NCBI GenBank assembly: GCA_900617105.1
Contig: UYFQ01000382.1
Span: 1-64,000, forward strand
Source: Hydrurus foetidus
Taxonomy: Eukaryota
Direction of reading: 5' to 3'
Length of the DNA: 64,000 bases
Position numbers and translations under genes: made by a program. The notes under the pieces are model-generated. The model searched no databases and was not told the origin of the DNA. It worked only from the letters and a program-made list of their open reading frames with translations. Positions 12,033-23,801 of this stretch are shown here, in pieces (positions within the stretch are counted from its first letter, which is position 1; the number at the start of each line of letters is the position of its first letter).

Positions 12033-14054
12033 ATGGCAAAACTTTCTAAAATGTTCCCAGAGCAAGTTACAGTGGGAAGAATGAATAGAATAGTCGAAGT
12101 AGCAGTCGAGGGCTACAAACTTGCCGACGAAGTCTATAAAGCAAAGGACGCTGAGGAATGGGGAAATCATTACAAAGTTCCCGACGAACTAGTCAGGAGC
12201 GACGAGGCACTGTTCGGAGCTAGTATGAGAGACATCACAGTCATGACAAAAAGAAGACAGAATCAATTGCTCAACAGAAGGCTCAATGCTACGCGTGTAG
12301 AAATGCATACTCGCTGCGACAATCCTGAAAGGGAGAAACTGATGATTCTCGCCAAGAAAGGTATGCCACTCCTCCTCAGAGAAGGCTTCAAACCAAATGG
12401 ACAAGGAAGATTGCCACCATTACGGAAAACTTACATATCAGTAAAATCAGCGGTAAATCGCCTACTCGTCACCAACTTCCATGAGTTGGGGTTGGCATTC
12501 AATCTCACAAAGGAAACTGCACTGACAATATCCGGTATACATCTGTCACCACTGCACTGGACAGAAAAACAAGGAAAGAGACAGGGTAGGCCTATCGGCG
12601 ACTGCTCTGATGGCGGTTCAGAATATGGTAATGAACCACTCAACTCGTCGGCAACAAAAGAAAGATCAGACCAACTATGGGGAGTTATATGTCATCCATC
12701 AATCGAGGACGCAGCAAATATGATCAACGATTACTACGATGCAGCCGTCAAAGATGATCCCACTTTAGAGTGGAGCGATCTAGTAATATTTCAGAAGGAT
12801 TTGAAGGGAGCGTTCACACTATTGTTCTTTGATGCTGATGAAGTACAACATCTCGCGATGGAAATGACAGATGATAAAGTTATCATCTTCATATGTGGCA
12901 TCTTCGGATGGACAGGAACTCCGGCTGCATTTCAAGTTGTCAATCGGGCAATAATGCATGAGCTGGAGCACGCACTAATAGGCTCAGCCTTGATGTACAG
13001 TGATGACATCTTTGGAGTGACCACAAAGAAAAATCTGGCGGTGGACATGCGCACCACGGATCGAGTGTGTTGTGACTTGATGGGGCCAGACTCAATAGAA
13101 CAAACAAAGTCAAACTCCGGTCGACGCCTAACATTCATAGGATACGACATCGATTTGGACAGGCAACTTATCACTATCTCAAAAAGGAATATCCTGCGAG
13201 CTTTACATGGATTTATGATCATCGACAGCAACGCTCCGATGAAAGTAAAAACGATGCAAAAATTGGCTTCATGGGCTTCGCGGTATGGCAAAATATGCGT
13301 CTACATGAAACCATTCATCAGCATATTATACGCAGAATGTACTGGAAGAAGCGATCACGCATCGTTCCAGTTATCGGCAAAGGCGTGGCAAGTGATACGC
13401 TACTTTCGCGTGTTGATAGGGCTCACTGCAGTCAACGACGTGGAGTTCGCAAGACCACTAAAGTCGTTCAGAAAAGCGACATCAAGCTTAGTCATAGAGT
13501 TCGATGCCTCCTTAACAGGAATAGGTTTGTTGTACTACCAACAATCGGAAAAGGGGGAGGTTCTTATAGGGGGAGGGTCAATAGACATCTCATCTCTGCA
13601 CTTTGCTTCGGAAGCTTCGTACCAGAACACGGTATTCATTGCAGCGGTGTTAGGTATAAGAGGTCTACGACAACTGGGACTGCATCCTGATAGCGTCTGT
13701 CTACGAGGGGATAGTATGACAGCCCTAACGTGGGCGTCAACCGGGAAGTTCCGAGGGGAGTTAGTGGGGAATGCAGCGGTGGTGTTCATCCTTCAAAACA
13801 TATATGAGAAAATTACGATAAGCGAAGTTGTACATATTGCAGCTGATGAAAATTGGAGGGCGGATTATCTCTCAAGAGGAGGAACATTGAACGAATTGTA
13901 TGAGAAAGATACTCGTTTAGAGAAAGCTCAAACTATCGAACTCAACGGAGATATGATCATATCATTGTGCGATTTAGAAAAACCAACAGCAACCGACGAT
14001 GAATTCGATAATTTCTGGACCGACATGCGTCGCATCCTCGAGGCAAAGAACTAA
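12033..14054 (+). CDS. Reverse transcriptase / RNase H of the YR retroelement
   Basis: KDLKGAF, FGWTGTP, YSDD, FIGYDID; RNase H FDAS...RGDS...NWRADYLSR; the expected catalytic Glu after YQNT appears to be missing. Confidence 0.9.
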   Translation: MAKLSKMFPEQVTVGRMNRIVEVAVEGYKLADEVYKAKDAEEWGNHYKVPDELVRSDEALFGASMRDITVMTKRRQNQLLNRRLNATRVEMHTRCDNPEREKLMILAKKGMPLLLREGFKPNGQGRLPPLRKTYISVKSAVNRLLVTNFHELGLAFNLTKETALTISGIHLSPLHWTEKQGKRQGRPIGDCSDGGSEYGNEPLNSSATKERSDQLWGVICHPSIEDAANMINDYYDAAVKDDPTLEWSDLVIFQKDLKGAFTLLFFDADEVQHLAMEMTDDKVIIFICGIFGWTGTPAAFQVVNRAIMHELEHALIGSALMYSDDIFGVTTKKNLAVDMRTTDRVCCDLMGPDSIEQTKSNSGRRLTFIGYDIDLDRQLITISKRNILRALHGFMIIDSNAPMKVKTMQKLASWASRYGKICVYMKPFISILYAECTGRSDHASFQLSAKAWQVIRYFRVLIGLTAVNDVEFARPLKSFRKATSSLVIEFDASLTGIGLLYYQQSEKGEVLIGGGSIDISSLHFASEASYQNTVFIAAVLGIRGLRQLGLHPDSVCLRGDSMTALTWASTGKFRGELVGNAAVVFILQNIYEKITISEVVHIAADENWRADYLSRGGTLNELYEKDTRLEKAQTIELNGDMIISLCDLEKPTATDDEFDNFWTDMRRILEAKN

Positions 14055-15323
14055 CCCCACCATGTATACAATTATTGCTGTTAGGTGCCAAGGGAACAGA
14101 ACGAGTAGAGACAGTGGGATTCAGCACTGTCAGCAAAAGCGAGAGTGCAACGCTAACAGAATTTCTCAGCAACAGTGTGACGGCAGGTACGGCGAGGAGT
14201 TACAATGCTGGTATTAAAACGTGGACGGAATACTTGGGCACCCTGGACAGCAACAGTCACCCAGGAGAGTACCTGGAAAGAGTGGAAGACCAGAATGGCA
14301 AGGCACAGAGGGTGGTGCTGTTCATGGCATACCTATACATGAATGAGGGGTTAAGAGATGAACAAATAAAACGGATCATTACGAGCTTGACATACACGCT
14401 GGAAGTAAAGGGAATGGACGCAAGTTTCATGCATCTTGCTCTGGTGTCTCGTGGTAGAGCTGCAACAAGCCGATCTTCCGAAGAGTGTAGAGTGTACGAA
14501 GAGAAGAGAAAAGATAATGTAATATTACCCATGTGCCTGGACATAGTACTAGGAGTAAGGGAGAAGTATTGGGTGGAACAAGATTGGGATATGAAGGGGA
14601 TGGATATGAAGGGAATTTGGTTAGCTATTTCTCTCGGTTTCGATTCGGGGCTTCGGATCGGCAATTTGACGAAAAGAGATGGACCTCATGGAGCAGACCA
14701 TTGCATCCGCGCGGGCCAACTCACCTTTCTGGTGAAGGACCCACAGACAACTGAGGTAATACGACTGAAAGGAGGCTCCACAATAACGAAATTCTTAAAA
14801 GAAAGGAGATGTCACTGTCAGTCCAGCATATTCATGCATGATCTGTTAGCATAGTTTCATCTGTAGATTAGCATTCACATGTCACAAGTAGTGTAGCGCT
14901 TCCTCACCCAAAACACCGCCATACACTGTTGTGTACATACGCTCATCGTTCTTCTAGCGATATCCCCCTTCGGGGCCATCACCAAGCATCCGGTTTTTCA
15001 CCACCAAGCATCCGGATTTCCACCAGGTATCCGGTTTCCACCAAGCATCCGATTTCATGAGCAGCGAGGGTTCCGCCCATTGCTCAATCGCCAACTTGAA
15101 TATTCGCTGAATATGTTTCCACTTCGGCGATCACCATTTCATGCACAATGGATGCTTTGCTTTGCTTCTTTGATGGTTGTCTTCTCTGATATCATCGCCA
15201 GTTGTTTTACTACTTGATCGTTGTAAGTAAACACGTCTTCCGAGACCACTTCCATCAGCCAGTCTTTCCTTTGCGCTTCCGCAGCCAACAGGTAGCTCGC
15301 TTCACTCCACAGTCTGACTCACA

Positions 15324-15335
15324 TGGTAGCGATTG
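15324..15335 (+). promoter_or_regulatory. tRNA primer-binding site of Copia B, probably initiator Met
   Basis: TGGTAGCG immediately after the 5' LTR; the TGGTA start fits the A1:U72 pair of initiator tRNAs. Confidence 0.7.
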
Positions 15336-15413
15336 CATAGAAAGTTCAGCAATCATCGATATAGTATCAATATATCAACGGTATCTCAACACAACAGATA
15401 TCTCAAGTCGGCC

Positions 15414-18400
15414 ATGATGCTACGATCGTCCGACAACACAGACCAAAACAACGAGGAATACCATGACCCAACTGGGCTAGAGACTCCCAGCCGCGCCCAG
15501 CTGCCGCGCATGCTCTCCATGACCCTCGCAGAGTTCGATCAACGTGTCGCCGAGGCCATAAGAGCCCAAACTCAAAATTTGGTCACCAGCTCGACGGCAA
15601 ATCGTCAAAATCCTTCGACACCAAACCGACCTCGACGAGGCTCCCATGCAGAGGAAGCCACGCCACCGCGCCAAACTTTGGCAGAAGTTTCAGCAATCAT
15701 ATAATGCCGCTTTGGAATCCGTTTTGGAGCTAAAACGGCTAAAACTCGATCTCGTTCTGACGACCTCTTCAGAAATGGATAGCATCAAGCAAAACCAGAT
15801 CACCACAACGACTGTGGGATCTAACAAGCGCTTCAAAGCTCTCGACAACATGCTCCACGTCGTTGGACTCTACCCAATGGCGATGGGCACGCGTCGCGAG
15901 CCAATCCCAACGAGGCACAACCCATCAGGATACTCGGAGCCTACAACGTCGGAGAATCTTGACGGCACCTTCAATTATGTACCTGCCGACGATGTTACAC
16001 GATGGGCCCACGACAAGAAACGTTTATACAACGTCATGTTAAACGCTTTCAGCGAGTCTACCCACTATTTATGTGCCGATTCCTTTACCTCTCGCGATGG
16101 GATCGCTATTTATAAACGTATGCACAAGCACTACTACGGACATACTGAAGCAGACATCAACCGACTTAGGCGGCTTCTACAAAACTTCAAGGGCTCCACG
16201 GCTACTTGTTTTCAAGAGGATTTAGTGAGGTTTACAACGTTAATGACAGAATTCGAGTATGCCCAGGCCAGACCGAGCACCGAGCAGGAGCGCCTTCAAT
16301 TCCTTCACAACGCCTTCATGAACGACCACCGCCCCAACACAAAATCCTACTTTATGTCCTGCCATAGCAACATGCTCACCTATCACCAAACTTTGGAGAG
16401 AGCTGTTGTCTATTCCGAGTATGCCCTCCTTCAAGACAAGCCGGTCAAGATAGCTGCCTTGTCCACTACCCCTGAAGCCTGCCGCAAGTTCCTCGCTGGT
16501 ACCTGCCTTCTCGGTAACAAGTGCAAGTACTATCATGCTCCTGCTAAGCCACCGGCAGCGACACCTCCCTCTGGCAAAGCACATCCTCCTGCCCCACCTG
16601 GATCCGCTCCAGTCACGGACAAGAACCGGATCAAAGCCAAGGGCAAGTACCCTCCCAAGCAGACCTTCCCAGTGACGAGTATCGATGGCCGCGTCCCTTA
16701 CCTCAAGAGCAACATCCCCATGAAGCTTCTTACCAACGGACCCAACATCAACCCTGAGGACGGATGGCAGAACAACACGCTTTTGGATAACGCCGAACCC
16801 TCCGGGTATGTGCGCTTCTCCCTCAACATGTTCCGAGTCACCGACACTGACCCAGCACCTCCTCCGGATACACCGTCTAATCCTCCTCTCGAGTTAGCAC
16901 TTCCGCCAGGACTCCCTCCATCAGGACACTCACCACTGCGATCTCCAACTCGTCCATCTTCTAATGCCGCCTCTCCCATAATGCTCCGACCGTACGTACG
17001 TTCCGAACATACTCAACCAGCATCTACCCCAGTAGTCCTGGGTACCCCCCCGACTCCTGTCGCCCCAGAGAATGCTACAGCATGGGACACGCCGCGCCAT
17101 CAGAACATATCTTCGCCAACATATGGGACCCCAATGCAAGAAGAAGTCGATGCCTTCACACGTACCTGGGCCTTCCTCACCAATGACGAAGTCACCTCCT
17201 CCACTGTCTTCCAGGGTATCTGCCGACAATGTTCCACGTACATCCTTCAGTACTACACTGTGGTCCACCACCGCATTCATCAGCAGCCCCTCTCAGCAAA
17301 TGACTTCATCATCTATGTGAACCGTCCCGCCTTGCCTGGATCCCCTACACCGGCGCCTCATATATACCTCGCTATTTTCGGCTGGGTATCCCCAACCACC
17401 CTCAGCAACTGCCGCGCTGATGTCAGAGACGGATACTCTCGGTATATGAACCTCATCCACAAGATTGCTCGCAACCTGCTGCTCGCCAACACTGAGCCGC
17501 CGACTCCACCCAATCTTGAGTATGACCCAGGGCACTACCGCACCTTCAATCCAACCTTGATTGAAGACATCACCACCTATCAGTCCACAGTCGGGAACAT
17601 TTTCTTTTACTTCCTCGTCCACACTGCTCTGTACCTCGACGACCAGATCAGTCCAGACCACATGGCGATATTTGAAAGTGTCCTCATCTACGACTGTGCC
17701 TCCTGGGTCGCAGCACAGCTTGCCCGATATGCCAATGCACCCGGCAACTCCTGGCACAACATTCCCACTCTTCGCATACTCATGCTCACGGAAGTTGATG
17801 CACACGTTGACGGTCTTATGACACGAACTGGATCGAACGAGTCATTCATCCAAGCTATTCGAGTCGTAATCCAGCATGTCCTACCCGATGCATTTCATGT
17901 TACACCCAACAGCCTCTTCGTCGGACCCGATCCTGTTGAGCCCACCGAGTCACACTACCGCACAGTATCTCTCGCCAGGGACCTCGCAGCATCTACTGCC
18001 CCACAGAACATACGCAAACGATACACTTTGCGGAACTATGAGAGTGATTCAGAGTCCTCTGTCGAAGACTCCATCTGTTTCCTCCCGTACAACATGTCCT
18101 GTCCAACACATAACATCAGTGGCCCTCGATGCGCCCTCTCTTATGTCAACTACCTACATGGAGCCGTCACACGTCTCATGGTCCCTCCATCAGACGCATC
18201 CCCATGGGTACCACCGGACGCATCCATGGAACTTCAGCGGTACAACGCCAGGAAGCGCGGCATCGCATTCCAGAAAGACCAGGCTCAAGGGGACACTAAG
18301 CGTCAAGACACTACCTCGTCCTCGTCAGCATCCTCTTCCGCCTCACCGTCAACATCGATTCCCACTACGCTTCCGGAGTTCAATACTCCGTTACCACCTG

Positions 18401-21400
18401 TTCCATCGACACCCTCTGACCCTCTTACCGGGTCACTCAAACGTTGGCAAGCCGCGCAACCACTTGCATCCGACTCGCCTTTCACTATGCCTCGTGCCCA
18501 GCGCCACCGAATGACTCCACCAGTCGGATCTCAACGCTCGACAAATGTCCGACATGCCTTCAACAGTACTCGCCCTCCGCTTGCATCAGCTCGCCCTCCT
18601 GCACCATCCGGCGGTACCTCCGACTCCAAGCTCAACACATTCGTCGTCAAGTCCCAACATGAGAGACTCAACTCGTTCCACGTCCCCGACAAGGTCATCT
18701 TCGACTCTGGTGCTTCACGCTCTGGCACCGGCCGCTCCCAACGTCTTACCAGCATTGAACCTGTCAGCACATCCGTCACAGTCACCCCTGCATTCGGTCC
18801 GTCCATGACACCAACACACCAAGGCAGCCTCGGACCGTTGGAGCTTAGCACCCTCCTTCTCCCTGCACTAGGCGACAGCACCCTTGTCTCTGTCTCCCAG
18901 TTCTGCGCTGGCGGTGTCACCAACGACCACTTCATCGGCATCTTCACTCATAAAGACTTCCGCTTCTATGAGACTGCATCAGCCCTTCCCTACATTGCAC
19001 TGGTAGCTCAGCATGGAAAGGAGGTCACCCGTGGAACCGTCCAAGACGGCCTCTACGTGGAGACTCCCTACTGACCAACCACTCGGGAGAGTCTTTTGGT
19101 CACACACTATACTCCCGCTTCACTGTACGACCACGTGCATCAAGCCACAGGCCACCCCGGTCTTCCAGGCATGGCATGGCACCGCGATCATTCCCTCAAT
19201 GCTCGCTTCACCACCAAAGATGCACACACCTCCCGTCCGGTCTGTCCTGGATGCGCCCATGGCGCCATGCGTCAAGCATCCACAGACTATCGTCGCATCC
19301 ACAGAGACACAACTACCCTCGTCGGCCAGCAGTTCTCCTTGGATGCCTATACCCACTCGACTCCATCATTCCGTAACTACCGTTACACTCACATCCTCAC
19401 CGACCTCGCGTCGGGACAATACTATCCTGTATATACAAAAGACCGGTCCGCCTCTGAACTCTGTGCCCGCATTGCAGCCTTCTTCGACCTAACCCCCCAA
19501 TGGAACCACAATACCCCTGGGGTTGATCGCTTCATCCGGCATGACCCAGAGGCCAACTACCGATCTGAAGAATTTACTGCGCTTTGCGCCCGATACCGAT
19601 ACCGACTTGAGCACACTGCACCTCGTGACAAACATGCCAACGGCATCGCTGAGCGAGCAGTCGGCATTGTAGCTCTCAAGACAACGTTGCCATGATAACC
19701 CCTGTTCCGCATGTGCCAATGAAGTTCTGGGACCTTGCAATGTCCTATGCATGTGTTACTCATTCCTTTAACCTTAACAAGCGTATTGGTACTTCTCCGT
19801 ATCACTTCACTTCTGGGCAACACGTGGACATCAGGATGCTTCGACCATTCTGGGCACCCTGCTATGTCAAGCACGCACCCAAAGATCAGAAAAGTAAAGT
19901 TGGGTCACCTCGTGCCTACCGTGCTCGGTTCGTTGGTTATAGTTTTACATCTATACTAATACCACAATATTTAGTATTAGAAATACTACCCAAGAACACC
20001 TACGGTACTGTTCGAGTCAGTAAGGATGTCATCTTCGACATGCACAACAACTTCAAGCATGACTCAGATGCACACTTCCCTACCGACGAGGCCTTCGCCC
20101 TCATCCCGTCCCTCTACTATACTGATAATAATAATGACCCTATTGTGGTGCCTGAGCGAGTCGACCTACCCGGCCTCCCCTCACCTGCACCCCTTATCGA
20201 CCCCGACTATATAACCCCTGTCGCTGAGACAGAGCACTCAGTCAACGATGACATGATATACTGGTCCACCTACACCAGTTCTTCCACATGCTTCCCTGTT
20301 CACCTCTTCCGTGTCCTGCACTACAACATAGCAGTCCAAATCAAGGATCCCTACATCCCCAAAGACTTCTGGACCGCAATGCAGTACCCAGAGTGGGAAC
20401 AGGCCATCAACACTGAGCGAACTAAGTTTGAAGTCAACAACTGCTTCCGGTCTGTTCCCTTCACCGGACAGCACCTCGTACCAATGATGTGGCTCTTCAG
20501 TATCAAGACTGACGGCACCAAGAAGGCCCGCCTCGTAGGTCGTGGTGATCTCATGATACCCTGGGTCGACTTCGACCCCTACGCAGTATACTGCGGTAAT
20601 GTCAATGCGTCATCGATCAAGATTGCACTCGTCATAGCCGCAACCTACAAATTATCCATGCGGGGAGGAGATTTAGTAGGCGCCTACTTAATCACACTCG
20701 CTAACCCCGACTTTCCCGTTCACATCAAGACACCTCAAGGTTACACCACACCTTTTGGCACATGCTTTCAAGCCATTGGCAACCTCTACGGTTTTCCACC
20801 AGCAGGCCAGAATTTCTCAAAGGAATTCGACAAATGTGTACGCGAATGTGGATACGAAAACACACCGTGGGACTTAAAGTTCTTCTTTAAGTGGGTCCAA
20901 GGTCAACCCCTGATACTGATAGCACACTCAGACGACTTCAGATGGTTCGGACCACTTGCACTCATTAGCGAATGGGATCTCCTCATCGCTACATTCAACT
21001 CCCACAAGTATGAAGTCACCGACGCGACCTCCAAAGAGTTCGTCGGCATCCGCATTACATGCGATGACAACTTCAACTACTACATGGATCAGTCACGCAT
21101 GATCACATCCATCGTATCGGAGGCCAACCTTGCTGGCGCCGCCGATGAGCATCTACCATATCCACCTTCTGGTGAGAGTCTGTCCAAGGCGGACAACTCT
21201 ACCGATCTCGATAGGCACATGTATAATAAGTATCCCTACCGACGGGTAGTTGGTCAACTTATGTACGGAATGGTACACACATTGATCACAATCATGTACG
21301 CTCTCAACATACTATCAAGATATAGTAACAGTCCAGGTGCAAGACACATCAAGTTCCTTAAGCACTTACTTCGATATGTCAAGTACGCCAAGATGGATAG

Positions 21401-21944
21401 ACTGAAATTCACCACACACGACGGTCCCACAGACATCGCTACGATGACCAGTCTACTGCAGTTGAAGTTCCAATGCGACGCCGACCTCGCCGGTAACAAA
21501 GACAACCGTCACTCCCAGACCTCCTACATTGGCTACCTCGCCGACAATGTCATCTGCTGGAAGAGTACCGACCAAGGCAGCATCTCATCATCAACTGCGG
21601 AATCCGAAATCAAGGCAGTTAATCACGCACTAAAATCCGATGTCATTCCCCTCCGGGGCATACTAAACCACATGGGATGGACACAAGCTCCTACAGTCAT
21701 CGAAGAAGACAATTCTGCTTGTGTTGATGCTTCAAATCATACACACATGACCAAGAACCTTCGTCACATTGACCTGAGCGAAAACTACTTTAAGGACAAA
21801 GTCGCCGATGGTACCTGTGTCATTGTTAAAATCCCTTCGGGCGAAAACAACTCAGACATAGGTACGAAAAGAGTTCCACTACCACTTTTCGAATACCTAA
21901 CGCACAGGCTCGTTGACAAGTCTTTACGAACTAATATTAAATAA
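15414..21944 (+). pseudogene. Copia B gag-pol polyprotein in four ORF pieces
   Basis: gag with CCCH finger; protease IFDSGAS; integrase HxxxGH...CPGC, LDAY, HDPE, NGIAER; RT KARLVGRG, LYGFPPAG, HSDD; RNase H CDADL...STAESE...EDN...SDIGTK. Frameshifts at ~15700 and ~19685, TGA at 19072. Confidence 0.92.
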
Positions 21945-23801
21945 CATAAATACTTAATATCCATATTTCTAACATACGTACTAATTTTACTATCTTATAT
22001 GAGTGCACGCATATATTATAACTAACTTTTTACACTTTTTGCCAAATCTCTCGTACGGGGAGTACATCCTCAGTACGGGGAGTATATATACACATATCAT
22101 TCATTTCGATACTCTCAATAACACGTTCAGCTACATCTTCACTACGGGGAGTGTCAGTCCAGCATATTCATGCATGATCTGTTAGCATAGTTTCATCTGT
22201 AGATTAGCATTCACATGTCACAAGTAGTGTAGCGCTTCCTCACCCAAAACACCGCCATACACTGTTGTGTACATACGCTCATCGTTCTTCTAGCGATATC
22301 CCCCTTCGGGGCCATCACCAAGCATCCGGTTTTTCACCACCAAGCATCCGGATTTCCACCAGGTATCCGGTTTCCACCAAGCATCCGATTTCATGAGCAG
22401 CGAGGGTTCCGCCCATTGCTCAATCGCCAACTTGAATATTCGCTGAATATGTTTCCACTTCGGCGATCACCATTTCATGCACAATGGATGCTTTGCTTTG
22501 CTTCTTTGATGGTTGTCTTCTCTGATATCATCGCCAGTTGTTTTACTACTTGATCGTTGTAAGTAAACACGTCTTCCGAGACCACTTCCATCAGCCAGTC
22601 TTTCCTTTGCGCTTCCGCAGCCAACAGGTAGCTCGCTTCACTCCACAGTCTGACTCACAGTCACCTAAGATATGGTTAGCGAGGTGGATATGATCTACGT
22701 TACATCGAAGGCATCAAGAAAAGTCGAATCGCTAATCGAAAATCCCAAAACGCTATCGAGACGCACTGATGTGGAGAGTATGGTATTGGATGATTTACTT
22801 CAATGGTTCATACATTCACAGGTGCAAGAAGAGGACGAGCTTCTGACAAGATACAGTAGCACGGGTTCGAGAAAAGTTGTTATAAGAAAAGACGTACGAA
22901 AAGCAATTAAGCTGGCTGTAGGCGGGGCGGGTCTACCGCCAAAGAACTTCTCCACCAAATCACTCCGATCTGATTTCGGGACGCATGTTACAGCAAACGG
23001 AATGGATGCATCAGAAATGAAATCAAGAGGCGGCTGGGTCGCAACGTCAAGTGTCCCATCATGTAAGGCATATGCACAGCAGAGGAGCGTTAGCACTGTC
23101 CACTTCAGGGTCGGGGGTGCAGATGCATGGTGTGAGCGAAATCACAAGAATGTTACCGCCGAACTCGAAGAGTACCGACTAGTCTCGATCTGCGAGACAT
23201 CATTTGGGGGGAGCCTAGTGGAAGAGGCATGCTAGGCATTGATGTTAGTCTAAAGGACCACCCAACTTGTGTATGCGAGACTCAAGTCGATAAATAATCA
23301 CAATCTTGCGAATCCTCTGTGCAATCAACAATGAAGGAGTCAGAGGATTGAGGAAATTAAGGAATCTGGAGTCCGAGGTCCGGACGAGGGCCAATAGCAA
23401 AATATATTTATTATGAAGACAGCTCGCTGAGCCCAGGTCCGGCCGCGGGCCCGGTCACAACGGCCGCTCATTTTATTGATCAGCTCAAAAAGACAAGAAA
23501 CAATGTCGCTGAACGAAGTGCACCAATCGGCTTCGTTGTTAAATAAATTGATTGGAGAAAAAGAAACTATCCCCATTTGAGTGAATTTCCGTAAAATATT
23601 TTTAAAGTTATGAGCATGTTATCAGTTACAATAGTAGTAAGGCCAATCCTTTTAATAACATCATCCAAAAAAAATTTACATTTATATTTTTTTGGATGAA
23701 TTTTTTTTGGAATTTTTTTTGGATAGCGTGCCGTAATTCAATTTTATTGGTTCATTTTGGTTCAAAATATATTTTGGTTCATTTTTTAGGATGACGATTT
23801 G

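Larger units (their letters stand above)
14816..22659 (+). mobile_element. Ty1/Copia LTR retrotransposon B, very recent insertion
   Basis: Two 508-bp LTRs (14816-15323, 22152-22659) with no differences that I could see, TG...CA ends, TSD GTCAC (14811-14815, 22660-22664), PBS TGGTAGCG, PPT acggggag. Confidence 0.97.
9538..23235 (+). mobile_element. DIRS/Ngaro-type tyrosine-recombinase retrotransposon, degenerate, interrupted by Copia B; termini not located
   Basis: gag-like ORF, RT/RNase H ORF and tyrosine recombinase in the same orientation, with no protease or DDE integrase. Confidence 0.85.
14075..23235 (+). pseudogene. Tyrosine recombinase split by Copia B (14075-14815 and 22665-23235)
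   Basis: N-half: TARSY, GFDSGLRIGNL (catalytic R). C-half: FSTKSLR (HxxR box), RGGW. Further frameshifts and a stop are present. Confidence 0.85.

Noticed and set aside
2596..21505. Many antisense and alternate-frame ORFs over the retroelement pol genes
   Set aside because: Shadow ORFs of real coding frames with no recognisable motifs
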